A DNA stretch of 64,000 nt, taken from the NCBI RefSeq assembly GCF_009914755.1, contig NC_060942.1. One strand, written 5' to 3'. The notes under the pieces are model-generated. The model worked only from the letters and a program-made list of their open reading frames with translations. It was not told where the DNA came from and did no database searches. Made by a program: the position numbers and the translations under genes. Positions 18,526 through 34,274 of this stretch are shown here, piece by piece. Within the stretch, counting starts at the first letter, position 1, and the number at the start of each line of letters is the position of its first letter. This DNA is from the human T2T-CHM13v2.0 reference genome, Homo sapiens.

Positions 18526-19977
18526 TATTTCTGGCCATTTAGAGCCTACCTATTTTGCATATTCCAACATCTGCTGACCATGGATAAGACAAACCCTGTG
18601 GCTGTGAAGGACTCCACATCGCTGCTGCCCTTCAGAGCTCTTGGACCCAGGGACTCCCCACCTTGTGGAGGGACATCACCCGGACAACTCCCCTTTCTTC
18701 CCCAGGAGCTCCCCAACCCTAGCCCTACTCCCCTTCTGGGTGGTGGTCTTGCCTGCCAGCTGCAGAAGGCCCCTTGCCGGGAGGGACACACCGTCTCCTT
18801 CCACACTGTCCAAGTGCCACCGAATATAGCTTGTTGCATGTTGCTGCCTCCCATGGTCTGGTGTCTTCCTGGATCAAACCTGACATTCTCAAACTTATTG
18901 CACTCCCTCTGTCTGCTCCTTAGTCAAAAAAATCTCAGACAATTTTCCAGTGGCTCAGTGTAGGTGCTGTGTAAATAAAGCCTCCTTCACCTGGAAATTC
19001 TCCTGCGTGAGGCTGTGCTCCTCAGGGCCCGAGGCCTTTGGGATGGGCAGTGACTCCTGGAATCCAGAGGGACAGAAACCCAAATGCAAATGCCCAGGCT
19101 CCAGGCTCAGGTGACATCTGTGGTCAGACACCTGCGGCTGGAGGTGGGAATGGCCAGAGGAGCTGCTGGGGCAAAGGTAGGAACTAGGGCAGACAGGCCT
19201 TCAGGGTGCTGTTGCTGGAAGGGTGGAGCTTGGCAAGTAATCTTTCCAAGAGAGATCACTGGAGAGGGTCCCACAGAGATAAGGAGATCGAAGTCTGTGA
19301 AGCTGTGTGAAGTGACTTGCCCTGTTCACATGCTAATTACGGGCAGAGCTGGGGTGCCTGATAATGACTCTTGAACCACAGTCCGCTGCTTAAACTTGCA
19401 GGGGGCCCATTTGTACCAGAGAGTGAGTCACATGATTTGCCATGAGCACAGTACTTGCAGACTGGCCATCATCTTTATCTTACAGCTGTAAAATCAGAAT
19501 ATCCCATTCCCCTGGCTGCTGTGATTGGTTCCGGGTGGAAAGTATTTCAGCAGAGCTGGTGATAATCAATGCCACTTTTCCTGTACTTACTGAGAGTAAG
19601 GCACATGGTCTTTCTAGCTATGCACAAACCTGGACAGTGAGGGCCTGGACCTGCCATGCAACTCTTGCCCCACATAGAGACAGAGAATAAAGACAGCCCA
19701 GAGAATAAACACAGGAGACACAGACTGAATCCTGGTAATATTGTTTGAGCTCACAGATCAAGCTTCACCTGAAGTTCTCCCGGGACTTTTTAGTCATGAG
19801 AAATTCTTTTCATATAACGAATTTGAGTCAGATTTTCTCTCTTTGTAGCTTTGGCACTGGGGTGCCAAATCGGCCATCCCCCGGTAGTTATTTTCCACTC
19901 CTATTCTTCAGCCATGGTTCTTTTGATCGTCATGGTCATCTAATGCATCTCTTGCCAGATCCCAAAGTTCAGCCTAG

Positions 19978-20250
19978 TTGAATAAATATTTATTGAATTT
20001 CTACTGTATACCAAGCCCTGTGTTATGTTGTGCGAGAGAAAGATTATTAGGACATAGTTCCTGCTTTCAAGGAATTTACAGACTCAGAACATGTTATTAA
20101 GTGAACCATAAGACACAGTGATATGTGTACTTATGCAAGTCCATGCAAGGCCCAGAAACATACCTAGGAAGAAGGAATTCAGTCTGGGGAGGTGAGGGAG
20201 CTATGAAGGGGAGGGGACACTGGAGCAGGCTTCTGAATGATGAGAGTGAG
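19978..20250 (-). mobile_element. L2 3' fragment
   Basis: aataaatatttattgaatttctactgtataccaagccctgtg is a reverse L2 3' terminus. Confidence 0.6.
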
Positions 20251-20799
20251 GCTGGAGGCAAGACACTACTGAGCAATGACTGCTTTCCCCCAGCCTTTGT
20301 TGACCTTGCTTAGGTGACTGGCTGTTTGGCTTCCTTCGCCACAGGCTAGTTCTTGCCTGTGCACAGTGGCTCCTGTAGAGAAGCTTGGATCAGTTCCTCA
20401 GGGGATGAGCTCAGGGCCATTTGGCCATATAGGCCACCCTGGGTTTTTTAACTTGGAGAAGAGCTGAGTATTCTAAAATGCATATTTTTGGGCTTTGGCA
20501 TTTGTGTTTATATACCTAAGGATTTCTATATGGAGAATAAGAAAGTATTACGTCTACTTTGTCGGGCTCAGAAAACTGAGATAGGACCAGATATGGGGAG
20601 ACTTCATTAGACCCTTGATATGACCCTGGCTGAGCTGCTCAGCCTCCCTCCTGCATTCCTGCCCACCCAGCCCTGCAGCCCCTGATGCCTGGGCATTACT
20701 AAACTGTTTGCTATTCTTGGAACACATTAACCCTCTCCTCCTCCATGTCTCTGCAATGCTGCTCTCTCTCCCAGGAAGGCCTCCATTTTTTCTTTTTCC

Positions 20800-21097
20800 T
20801 TTTTTTTTTTTAAACAGGATCTTGCTCTGTTGCCTAGGTTGGAGTGCAGTAGTGTTATGATGGCTCACCACAGCCTCGACCTCCCAGGCTCAGGTGATCC
20901 TCCTCCCACCTCAGCCTCCCAAGTATCTGGGACTACAGGTGCACACCACCATGCCCAGCTAATTTTTTGTATGTTTTTGTAGAGATGGGGTTTCACCATG
21001 TTGCTCAGGCTGGTCTCAAACACCTGAGCTCAAGCGATCCACCCACCTCAGCCTCCCAAAGTGCTGGCATCACAGGCATGAGCCACCACACCCTGCC
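20800..21097 (-). mobile_element. AluJ
   Basis: AluJ features cagcctcgacctcccaggctcagg and tttttgtagagatggg. Confidence 0.9.
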
Positions 21098-22819
21098 AGG
21101 CCTCCTCCTTGTCACCGTCACCGTGACTTCTTGTTCTCACACTTCACATAGAGGGCTACTTCTTCTGGAACCTTTTGCTCCTTCCTGGGAGACCTATGTA
21201 TTCCTCCTCTTATGTTCTCACAATCCTTCATACAGTCTGTGGAGGAAAGGGGGAAGAGGGGACCTAATGACAAGAAAGTGTAAAATTGAGAAAATAGGAG
21301 GCTCTGCAGGGCCAAGCCCAGGGACACTCTGTCAGACCGAATAGTCCATTCCCCTCCCATCAGTCAACAGTGCTCAGCACTTTGCCCATTGAGGGTTCTG
21401 TTTAGAATGACATCATTTGTCCCTAGAGATGCTATCAAGGCCCTTCTGGAAGGGCCTAGCCCAAGTGGACAACCCCTGCTCAACCACCCAAACCACTCAT
21501 AAGCTACCTGCTACCCCAACATCACAGTCATTATTTGATTGTGTTGTTATTGGCGGCACAGATGTCTCCTCTCTGAATTGTAAGTTCCTTGGGGCTAACT
21601 TATAGCTTATAGAGTTATTCAGCAGGCATTCAATAAATAGATGTTGAATGAGTCAGTGAGTTAGTGTGGAGAAGGAATACATTAACCCTTCCCATGGATG
21701 GAGAATGGTGATCAAAGAAGAAATTAATAATAACCAAAAACCTGGGCTCTTATCAATGTAACTATGGGCAGGTGCTCTGACCTTTGGAAGCCTTTTCTTT
21801 CTGAGGATGAGGATGGTGGGCCCTTGAGCTCAGGCTGCAAAATGTTGACCCTAAGAGCACCGACCTTTCTTACAATGGCAGGTTTTTCCAAGTGCAATCT
21901 GCTGCCTCCAGAAATGCTCTCTTAGACTGGTAACTTCCTGTTGGAACCCTGCATGGGGTGGAGAACCAGGTTCCCCTCCCCGCATCCCCTTTGTAACGCA
22001 AAGGTTTTTCTTGTCGACTTGCCCACAGTCTCACCACTGGTTAAGATGGAGCTGAACATCCCAACAAGTTCTCTTTCTACAAGACCATGTTGCCCCATCA
22101 CAATACCTGAAAATCTGCAACCATTTGAAATATGCCAAGAGTACTCCACAGACTCCACTTTGCAGTCACCAGCCAAAATGCCAAGCATAGCTAGAGGAGA
22201 TAAAGGGATGTCAATCAATCTTGTTGAAGATGTAAAACCAGGAAAGGGACTGGAGGCACTTCATGACACCCATTTTGGGTCAGAAGAAGAAGTGAGAGAG
22301 AAACTGGGAAATGGAAATAAAGGAAAGGGAGAGTTTGAAAGAGCTTATTATTAGAAACCAGACGGGTGAACTCTGGGGTCAGTTTCCTTCCCAGTAGCTT
22401 TTCTTGAGCCCTTCCCAGTGACAAGGTGTGGTTTTTGGCTGAGGAGGCTTTCTTGGCTGTGGCACGAAAAGAAGGGATGCTGGGCTAGCAGTTTTCTGGG
22501 TCTTGGGGTTTCAAAGTCGAGAGGGCAGAAGGTTATCCTTTTGAGCTTGTGGTCGTGCACAGCTGACATCTGATGAATTGAAGCATCCAAGAGGCTTACC
22601 CTTCACCCCATGGTTGAGCCCAGAGCTATTCTCAAGAATGAGAGGAACCAGAGAAGACTTCAGTGTCAGCTGTCCAGGCCAAAGAGTTAGGAGTTTAGTT
22701 TTCTTGGTTCTGTCACTCCAAGACATTCTGGCTACAGCAACATTGTTGAAGGTGTGTCTCTGAGGTTACATATTAGAGCATCATGTGGAAAATTTAAACA
22801 TATTTCTTTAAGATTTCAT

Positions 22820-23330
22820 GAAGCAGACACTGATAATTGGCTACCCCTAAAGGCTCTCTCAACCCCAATCTCCCTTGCCATTTCTCACCATCAATGCAAG
22901 AATTGTTAAATATTTACTCCCATAGTCTTCCTCGCAGATAGGAACATGAGTCTTCCATGCAGATAGCCACATGATCCTGTTCTAACCATGAGATAGAAGC
23001 AGAAGTTGAAAGTTTTTAGAAACCTTATGCTTTCATGATGAATGAAACCGAGAGGACCAACTTGGGATTTTTCCTTCCTCCTCCCGTGTGCTATAAATAC
23101 AAACATGATGGCCAGAACAGAGGCAGCCCTCGTGGTAACTATGAGGGAAAGCCAAGAAAATCACAGTGACATCTGTCCGAACATGACTGACCCATTGAAT
23201 CCAGGCCAGCAACTTTCTCTCTCAGAGCTTCTTGTCTTTTTTAAAAAACTCAACATTTGAAGGTATTATCATTAAGTTTTCTGGCTTTTTTTTTTTTTTT
23301 TTTGCTGCTGAGCGCAATCATAATTGATAC
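22820..23330 (+). mobile_element. Old MaLR LTR (MLT1J/K-like) remnant
   Basis: Degenerate MLT1 motifs (gcagccctcgtggtaactatgaggg ... ataattgatac). Confidence 0.5.
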
Positions 23331-23513
23331 CCAGAAAGTCTCAGTACCTTTAATATGCTAATGTGTATTTTGAATCTCCAAGAGGTGAAGAGAACATGCA
23401 CCAATTCCAAACTTGTATGACTCAGATACCATTTTAAAAAAAATAATTGTTATGGGATTAGTGTTTCAGGTACACCCCTTGGGAAACTCTGCGTTAGGGG
23501 ATCACAAGCCTGG

Positions 23514-24086
23514 TGTGATGGATGGACACTATTGGGGGGCGCCCATGTTCATGCCCTGGATAATCCCTTCCTTTGGAGTGTAAGACCTGTCACTTGCTTC
23601 TAACCATTAGAATATGGCAAAGTAGATGGGATGCCACCCCCACGATTATGTCACAAGATACAGAGAGGGAAAGAGAACAAGATATACATACGTAATACAT
23701 ATAGGTAGTTCCATCTTGCTAGCATGTGCTAGACAGAATCTCCTACTGGTCTTGAAGCAGTAAATTGCACCGCTGTAAACTGCCTATGGAGAGGGCCACA
23801 CAGCCAGAAACTGTGTGCCCTTTAGGAGCTGAGGGCTTCAGTCATACAGCTGCAAGAACTGAATTCTACCAACAACCACAGGAGCTTCGAAGGGACCACA
23901 ACTTCAGGTGAAACCACCACAGCACCGACCAACAGGGCAATTGAATTGCAGCCCCATGAGATCCTGAGCAGAATTAAGCTGTACTCAGAGTTCTGATCCA
24001 TGGAAGCTAGGAGATAATCAATGTGTGTGTTGTTTTAAACACTAAGTTTGTGGTCATTGTTACACAGCAATAGAAAACTAGTATAC
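23514..24086 (+). mobile_element. MaLR solo LTR (MLT1E-like)
   Basis: Starts tgtgatgg. Contains acttgcttctaaccattagaatatggcaaag. Ends ctaagtttgtggtcattgttacacagcaatagaaaactagtatac. Confidence 0.8.
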
Positions 24087-25388
24087 CCAGGAAAGGGCCG
24101 GCTCTCAATGCAATGCTGTGGCTTGTAGGTCGGCTGTGATACGGGGTTTGGGACTGATGAAGTTCAGCCTTTCTCCTATAGTTCATCTGCTTTCCTTCTA
24201 GCACATTGTCCTCAAACACAGCTGCCCTAACCTAGCAAGCTCTTTCACATCGAAAACCCTCAATAAATGAAACAGCTCCAAATACAGGCCATTCTGCCAT
24301 GAGTTTTGTCACCTCCTGTTGGTCTTTGAGTCTTTAGAAATACGAAGTTGCCTTGTACAGAGGGTTCATTCCATGTTCCAGCTACTTGGAGAGAAATTGT
24401 CTTCCCTGGGGGCCTTGGACATTATTCTTGGAGACTATTTTGCCCCTCAGATTAGAGAAGCTGCTTTCCTGGTATTTTGGTTATTTATCATTCTTTCCTG
24501 TTCTCATTTGAGATTCAAAATATATGCCTTCCTGCGAAACTTCCAGAAGAGGAATTGATGGGTGAGAGTAGCAAAGAGGCTTTGTGGGGTCCTTTTCACA
24601 GGGGTATTTCCAAACTTTTCCTAGTAAAAAAATAAAAAGAGTCCATTTACCTGAGTTTTTAATATTTTGTCTTTTGCTCCAAATATTAAAGTCTGTGGCT
24701 TCAGACATCTATTTAGCAGATGCGTGTTTGCTACTTACTCGGTTATTCCTTTCATTAACTTTTTCTAGACTCCCGTTTCACCTGAGGCACAGAAGCTTTC
24801 CTTTGTTCACCGTTGCCAGCAGTTATTGGACTGTGGCTGGGATTACCTGTCAGAATTCACAGGTGAGCTCCACTCTGCACAGGGCCATGAGACCCTCCTG
24901 CCCAATCCACCCCGGATCCCCTCCATCTGTTCACACTCATCTGTCTTCTTTTCTATCAAGTCACAGACGGAAGATTTGTCTACAAAGAAATTTAAAACTG
25001 CAGCATAGTGTTTTTTTTAAAAACAAACAAAACAAGACTATCATTAAAATCAGAGTGGAGAGACCAGCCACAAAGATTTTGCAAAATTCTACAAAAAGAA
25101 AAAAAAAAGACAAAGGGTTAATATTCCTGTTATAAAATGTGCACTTACTTTTCAGTAAGAACTAAATGGTCACATTGAAAAATGGGGAGGACATGACTGT
25201 GTAAATCTGAGAGAAGAAATATAATTGCCCAAGAACTATGAAAAGATAATGATATTCCAACTTACATTAATCAGCGAAATGCACATTTTATTTAAATTTA
25301 AATTTTACATTGTATTGGAACAGTTTTAGATTGGCAAAGAATAAACAGAGTGATAAAACCAAGTGTAGGAAAGGTCTAGAAAATATGA

Positions 25389-25805
<417 letters not shown>

Positions 25806-26281
25806 CCACTGATGCAGATCTTTTATTTCTTCAGATTGAGATGTATCCACCACATATTGCTGAACAGAAAACATCCTAAACAACAAGATTCTAGTTATCT
25901 AAAACTCACACCATATGCATATAAAGTTGCGTACTATGTATGGTTAAATCTCTAAAACATACAAAGAGAAGTGTTCATGAGGATGGTCTCAGTAGCTCTT
26001 TCTGGCTCGTGGGATTTGGGGGTGTCTGGTTCTCACCTCCCAAGTTTGAGAGACCGGCCTGTTCCCATCCATCTCTAGTTCAGTGACAATAGCCCACAGC
26101 CTTTCCACTTCCACTTCTGGTGTCCAGCTGACCTGCATTCTCTGGGCACGTTCACTATGGGAAAAAAAGATTGGGTAGTGAGGCCATTCACAAGAAGCAA
26201 AGAAAACTTGGGTCTATTGAGAGAAGAGAAAAAAACATTCATTTTATTTTAAAATTTGTATATATTTTAAAGACATCTTAA

Positions 26282-26716
<435 letters not shown>

Positions 26717-28137
26717 TAAGATCAAAGAAAAACCTTCAAAAGCAGGAGAAGCTTCCTGGACTAGACTGCCCTAAGAAGATGAAGGATTGTTGCCTATGTG
26801 GATTTTTAATCTTTTTTTTTTTTTTTTTTCTGGAACATTTGTCTCTATATCCCATATCCTTATATTGAGCAAGAATCTTTTAAAATTTATTTGAGAATGA
26901 AAGCTTCACCTATACAACTCAGCCAAACCGCAGTAAGTTCTCTACCAGATGGTGCCCTCCCGCGCCCGCCCCCCTAACACAACCAGGATCCAGATGGGCA
27001 GTGGTCTGGGGCACAGAGCAAGCACTGGAGCCCTGGGAACTGGGGGTGGGGGGTGGGGTTTCCTCAGCTTTCCCTTCTATTTTCTTGGAAACAACTGGGC
27101 TTATTTAAACTGCCTGGATGGAAATTTTTATGAAGAACAAAAATGAGAATTTAGAGAATCAGTTTGAGGTTTTGTTCTCTTGGACTCCATATTCACTATA
27201 AGGGGAAACCCAAAAAGAAAAAAAAGCCTTGAGTTTTCTCTGGAGAGGGTGACAACTGATACTCTAAGTTCCTTTCTTCTGCTTAGGGGCTGAAAACCCC
27301 ACAGTCCAGGCAGACCAGAGTGAAGTTGGTGGTAGGAACTCCGGTGACCTGAAGGAGCGACCTTGATCCAGGCAGACCCAGGAGTGCCACCTCAAACTCT
27401 GGTTTTTAAAAGAAAATAGAGGTGGAATTTTTTATGTCAAATCTTCTGATATGTAAACATGGGTGACTAATTGAAATATGTAAAAGATGCTGTTCGAATG
27501 AACTGGAGCCAGGAGAAACCCTAGATCATCTTGCTGAGTCTGTCATTTTGGAGCTAGGAGTCTGAGGTCCAGAGGAAGAACGACTTGCCAAGATGATGCC
27601 AGAAGTGAGACCAGAGCCTACACCTGCTGACTCATGGTGGGGTTCTATTAATTGGCATCAACTGATGGCTTTTTCAAACAACTAAAAAATATTTAGGTTA
27701 GTTCTCTCTCTCTCTCCCTCTTTCCCTCTTTTCTTTCAATTCTTTATGCATTCAAGTATATCTCTTTTTTATTCTTTTCTAGACAATTTTAATTTTGAAT
27801 TCCTCTCATGTAGAAGTTACTTAGGAGATTGTTTCTTAATTCTAAGTAGTGAAGACTTTTTAAGTATGCTTTTGTGATAAATTTTAATTGTATAGGCTGA
27901 GGCTCAGGACATTTAGCTTGTGTATCTCCACTTTTATATTTTATAGATTTTCTTTAGAGCCAAATATGAGATCAATTTTTACAAAGATTCTGAGGACAAA
28001 ATAAAATGATGTTTATTTTTCATTGGTAAGACACTGAATTCTACGTATGTACGAAATCAAGCTCGTTAATTGTAATATTGAGATTCTCTATGTCGTTTAT
28101 TTTTGTTTTACTAGATCTCCGAAATTCAGAAGTAATT

Positions 28138-28240
28138 AAGCCCAGGAGGGCGAGACTGCAGTGAGCTGTGATTGAGCCGCTGCACTCCAGCCTGGGTGAC
28201 AGAGCAAGACCCTGTCTCAGAAAATAAATAAATAAATAAA
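28138..28240 (+). mobile_element. 5'-truncated Alu right-arm fragment inside an old L1M (about 27770-28560)
   Basis: cccaggagggcgagactgcagtgagc...tctcag plus a (TAAA)n tail. Flanked by an aaattca(g/a)aagta direct repeat. Confidence 0.85.
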
Positions 28241-28569
28241 ATTCAAAAGTAGGCATATCTAAAGTATTTTACTACAGTATATGTGTGGGGGTATGTGTGT
28301 GCGTGCGTATACTTTAAGTTCTTCTTATATTGCAGTAGTTTTTGTTTTATGTATAACTATGCTATTTGGAATATCAAAATTTATAGCTGTTATATTTTTT
28401 CCAATATGTACATTTTACCATACCATAATGTCTCTCATAACTCCAATGAATGCTTCTGACTTTAAATTCTACTTCGCCTGATGTTAGTAGATCTGTCTAT
28501 TCCTGCTTTCCTTCTAAGCATATCTGTTTGGTATCTCTTTGTCCATCGCTTTATTTTCTTTAAGTGTGT

Positions 28570-28720
28570 GATTATTTTAATATAAATAATATGATATATT
28601 TTATGTGTAAAATATATTATATTTTATATATTATAGTTATATAATACATATATAAAATATTTATATATTTACGTATGTGTAATATAATTTAATATAATAC
28701 ACATACTAATTATAAAGAAA
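28570..28720. repeat. AT-rich / (TA)n low complexity
   Basis: Degenerate TA repeats. Confidence 0.8.
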
Positions 28721-29119
28721 TTAAGAAATACAGAAAAGTGTGAAGAAGAAAGCAACGAATTACCAAAAATTATACAACCTAAAAATAATTGGTTATAACA
28801 TTTGACTGACATCTTTCCAGACGTCTCTCTATGCATAGAAAGAAAGAAGGATCTAGAGAAAGACAGAGATGGAGGCAGAGAGAGAGAGAGACAGAGTAGA
28901 CGCTGAAACAGATGAAAACAATTGTATCATGATGGTATTAACTATATGTGATGTATTTTTGAAAATAAGTACCACACTTAATTTTAAAAGAATTTAACAG
29001 GAACAAAAGCTTCGGTCAAACTGTAATTCAGATCATTGTTCTTTCCTATAAAGGAAATAAATTCCTAGAAGGTGGTACTAAATTTGAGGGAATGTACGAA
29101 GTTGGACTCACTGTGGGTT

Positions 29120-29820
29120 CTTTATTTTTTTATTTATTAACTTTTATTTTAGGTTGAGGGGTACATGTACAGGTTTGTTATATAGGTAAATTGTGTGTCA
29201 TTGGGGTTTTGTATACAGATTATTTCATCACCTAGGTAATAAGCATGGTACCCGATAGGTAGTTTCTCATTCCTTACCCTCCTGCCACGCTTCACCCTCA
29301 AGTAGGCCCTGGTGTCTGTCATTCCTTTCTTTGTGTCATATGTACTCAGCGTTTAGCTTCTACTTATAAGTGAGAAATGTGGCATTTGGTTTTCTGTTCC
29401 TGTGTAAATTTGCTTAGGGTGATGGCGTCCAGCTCCATCCATGTTGCTGCAAAGGGCATGATTTCATTCTTTTTTATAGCTGCATAGTATTCCATGGTGT
29501 AAGTGTATCACATTTTCTTCATCCAGTCTACCACTGGGCATTTAGGTTGATTCCATATCTTTGCTATTGTGAGTGCTGTTGTGATGAACATTCACATGCA
29601 TATGTCTTTATGGTAGAATGATTTATATTCATTTGGGTGTATATCCAATAATGGGGTTGCTGAGTTGAATGGTAATTCTGTTTTAAGTTCTTTGAGGAAT
29701 TGCCACACTACTTTCCACAATGGCTGAACTAATTTACATTCCCACTAGGAGTGTATAAGCGTTCCCTTTTCTCCACAACTTCACCAGCATCTGTTATTTT
29801 TTTGCATTGTGGGTTTTTTA
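29120..29820 (-). mobile_element. Older L1PA (L1PA13-16-like) 3' end
   Basis: gggggtacatgtacaggtttgttatataggtaaattgtg...cagattatttcatcacc, followed by ORF2 3' remnants. Confidence 0.85.
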
Positions 29821-29834
29821 AAATGTGAGTTTTC

Positions 29835-30137
29835 GGCCAGGCACAATGGCTTACGCCTGTAATCCCAGCACTTTGGGAGGCCAAGGTGGGCAGATCACCT
29901 GAGGTCAGGAGTTCGAGATCAGCCTGGCCGACATGGCAAAACCCCATCTCTACTAAAAACACAAAAAGAATTAGCTGGGTGTCGTGGCACATGCCTGTAA
30001 TCCCAGCTACTAGGGAGGCTGAGGCAGGAGAATCACTTGAACCCAGGAAGCGGAGGTTGCGGTGAGCTGAGATCACACCACTGCACTCCAGCCTGGGCGA
30101 CAGAGTGCTATGTCTAAAAAAAAAAAAAAAAAAAAAA
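29835..30137 (+). mobile_element. AluSx-like
   Basis: Dimeric Alu with poly(A). gtgagttt is repeated at both flanks. Confidence 0.94.
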
Positions 30138-30801
30138 GTGAGTTTCCGTAGAGATGAGATTGATACACGCTGGGAAAGATAAGAGATTAACATTTAGATG
30201 CACGTCTATCCTGCCCTCTTCTTCTTTCTGGTTTCGATGCTTAAATTATTTCAACTTTTCAGAGTTTGCAACATTTCATTCTGCATCTGAAACCATCTCT
30301 CTCCTGGGTGTTAATAGCATTCCTGCATCCACCTGGATTCCATGCTCCCTACCAATCCCACTTCTACAGCTTCAGAATGGCAGGACTCTCTTTTGATGCA
30401 ACCTTTAGTTAACAAGATCTCACCATCAAGTAGATTTTTCACAAGGGCTAACAGATGTTGTATTTTCTGAGTCCCTTCATGTCTGAAAATGTGAGCTCTT
30501 GCCTTTATACCTAAGCTCCAACTTGGCTGGGTAGAATCCACTTGGGTCATATTCTGTTTTTCTTCTGGACATTTCTCCTTTGCTCTGGCACTGATTGCTG
30601 CTGGAAAGACATCTGAAACCCACCTGATTTTTCTCCTTGTAAGTGAATTATTTTTGTCCTGAATGTGAAAAAAAATTTTTAGTTTAATGGTTTAACCAGA
30701 ATGTGTCTGAAGGTTTACTGTTAGAGATTTTTCCTAATAAGTGGTATGTGCTTTCAGTCTTGCAGTTTCAGTCTTTATTCTAATTCCTATGAGTTCACTG
30801 T

Positions 30802-31230
30802 TGTTAAAGTAAATTAAAATGAAGAGAGACCAGCCTGAAGAATCTCTGACTAGACAAAAGCAGTCAGGCCTCATAAGTCATCTTAACTTTGCTTAATTTG
30901 CAAACTTTAGCAAAACTTAACTTTAGCCATTTCTGGTAAATGCTTATGTTAGAAAGAAAACCTCAGCCAATTATTGGCAGACAAAAAGTTTCTAATTATA
31001 TAACTAGGGACTTTCGAATGGGATGAATCAAATAAGATAATTTTGCAACTGTCACCAATCAAATAATTTCTTTATCTTTTTTCCGTATTCAACCTAAAAA
31101 TATTTGCCTCTGACGCTATGTCATTAGAACATTGAACATTTTTTTGGTCTGGCATACCCCAATTCATGAATTGCTTTTTCCTCAGATAAACTCTTTAAAA
31201 TGTAATTGTGTCTCCAATTTTTCTTTTACA
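30802..31230 (+). mobile_element. Solo ERV1 LTR (MER4-group-like)
   Basis: TG...CA ends, near-TSD ctgt/ctat, internal CCAAT boxes and a poly(A)-signal-like region. Confidence 0.7.
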
Positions 31231-31970
31231 CTATTCAAACACAGATCTCTCATCCTTTTGGAATGTATTCTGGTGTAGGGTCTAAGGGATGGGTCCAGTG
31301 TCTTTTTCCTGATGATATCCAGATGTTTTCTGGGCAGTTTGAGTTTGAGGTGCTGATGAAGCATGCAGGTGAGGCTGCGTTCAGGGCCACTGCGAATTCA
31401 GGGCTGGAGATGGGTCAGGGACCAACAGACAGATCTGAGGGCCACAGTAGGGACATCTAAACAAGGAGACAGACGGGATTGCGAAAGAAGGACAAGTCAG
31501 GACCAACATGCGTGGGGCCAAGTCCAAAACCTTGGGAGGCCTGTACATTTAGGAATACAAAAGAGGGAAAGAGATTGAAGAGGATGAAGGCTAAGAAAAG
31601 ACCACTGGGTTGGGTCTTCAGAGATTGGCCTCCAAGGGAGATAAGCATCAGAGCCTGGCAGTGAAGGGCAAGGGAAGGAGCAGATGATGACACCAGTGAG
31701 GCAGCTCTTCCCGGAGTGGGATGACAGGAGAGGGGAAGGTGCAGCTGTGCAGACTTCACAGGAGAAAGGGGTGTTTCTATTAGGCAGAGTGAGGCTTTAG
31801 CAATTTAGTGGACCTGTGAAAGGGGTCAGGGTGGGGAGAGGTGGAAGATAAAGAGAAGGAAAACCACAACAATGATGGAAAGGTGGGCAGGTAGGAGATA
31901 GGGTCACAAGGCAGGATGCAAGTAACAGAGCTTCTATCTGAACCGTCTTAGGAAAAAGAGATCATTCACT

Positions 31971-32276
<306 letters not shown>

Positions 32277-32288
32277 TTAAAAAGAGAT

Positions 32289-32498
<210 letters not shown>

Positions 32499-32699
32499 TT
32501 ATTGCCTCATGTAACCAAACCAAGAGATGGGAAAGGAGAAAAAGGATGCAGAACTAAGGACTCAAATGTTGCCAAGTTCTGATTTCCATCGCTCATATCT
32601 GCTTCTCTGCAGATTGGCTTGGATGCGGCTTTCCCACACAGCAGGGAGCATGGCTGCCAGCCTCTGCACGCCTCGGGTTGGCAGTTCCCCCGGGAAAGA

Positions 32700-32930
32700 G
32701 GCAGTGTGTGAGGTACTGAGAGTGATGTTTCTGGAGATAGACTGCCTGGGTTTGAATTCTGGCTCTGCCATTTACTCGGGCAAATTCCTTTACCTTTCTG
32801 ACCTTAGATTCCTTATCTGTAAAATGAGGTAATCACAGAATCTACTTCATGACTGCTATAGAAATTAAAGAGGATGATGCAACAGTGCTGACACTTAGTG
32901 GGTGCTCACTGTTCATAATTGCTAAGTGTT
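32700..32930 (+). mobile_element. MIR
   Basis: agactgcctgggtttgaattctggctctgccatttact...ccttatctgtaaaatgagg. Confidence 0.8.
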
Positions 32931-34274
32931 ACAGCTGCTTTTAACATCATCTTCAACATTATTATGGAGCTGAGTCTCTTCTGATGTTAACGTGAACACC
33001 TTCAGGGAAGAACCTCGATTGGCCCATCTTGGGTCAAGTGCTCACTCCCATGGTCAGGGGGATGGGAAACCATGATGGGTGGTCCCCACTGGAGCCACAT
33101 GGGTGGCTGGGGATGGGGTGTAAGTACCTGAATGAAGGAAAGTCTTCCTCCAAGAGAAGGAAGGGTGGTCAGGACTAACAGGAGCTGTCCACATCAGGGA
33201 GTGCAGTTAGCCCAGGACAGAGGAAGGGACTGTTCTTCCACGGCCTTCACTGTCTGACCCTCCCATTTTGCCAGCTGCTTATGGGAACTGCACCACACAC
33301 CCAGCTTAAGTGACTCAGATATGAGGTTTCCTGAAGGTAGGAATCTGGTGTCTGCAGCATATGCTTCAAGTTCTACCAGATGCCCCAGCTGCTGTGTGGA
33401 GGGAAGGCAGGACCAAAGGGTGGCCAGCTGTAGGGGGCTGGGCCAAGATCAGAGGCAGTGCCACAGGGCAGGTTGGGCCCAGTTCCATTGTCACCCACTT
33501 CTTGGGCAGTTTCTCCATACACCAGCATACTAGTGCCACTCTGTTTCCCAGGGCCCATGGAAAAGACGTCATCACCAGAAGTCCATGGTCCTCAAGGAAA
33601 GGTCAGCTGTGCAGGCGGTGAACTTGAACCTGCCTCACCTGTGAAAGTGACACAGTGAAGAGGCCGATTTCATGTCAGCACAGGTCTGATGGGAACATTC
33701 TAGCCTATTCTAAAAATGATTGCACCTCCTCTCCTGGGGTAAGGCCCATCTCATGGGTGCTTCCTGACCCAGAGCACATTCCCTTTCCATCAGTCTCAGT
33801 CCAGCTGTGTGTGATTCTGCATCTCTGCAGACACTCACACTTGCATGGTCCACCTTCGGGCAAAGGTCCGGTGACCATGCTGAGAGCAAACACTGTTCTG
33901 GCGCTCATGCCCGGCACCTGCTGCAGGAGGCAAAGCACCGAGAGCGTTGACAAGTGTAAGCCTCGCTTTTCTCATTTGGATGGATGATCAGAGACCCAAA
34001 GAGGGGAGACTCCCTAATACACAGAACACCAGGAGCTGAAGGGGAGTAGCTTCTAAGATGAAGTTGCTCACAGTGCAGTAGGGAAGACCGGCCCATGAAC
34101 AGATCATTAGAGGTGCTGTGATTGATACTGCAAGGAGGATAGGAGTCAACCTGTGGCTGAGCAGGACAGGGGTCATTTGTTTTGTCCCAGGAAATGGCCA
34201 TTTGGAAAGGTGAGATAGGCTGGAACATGCAGGCAGGGTGGGGAAGGCCTTGAAGTTTGAGAAGGATTTTGCCG

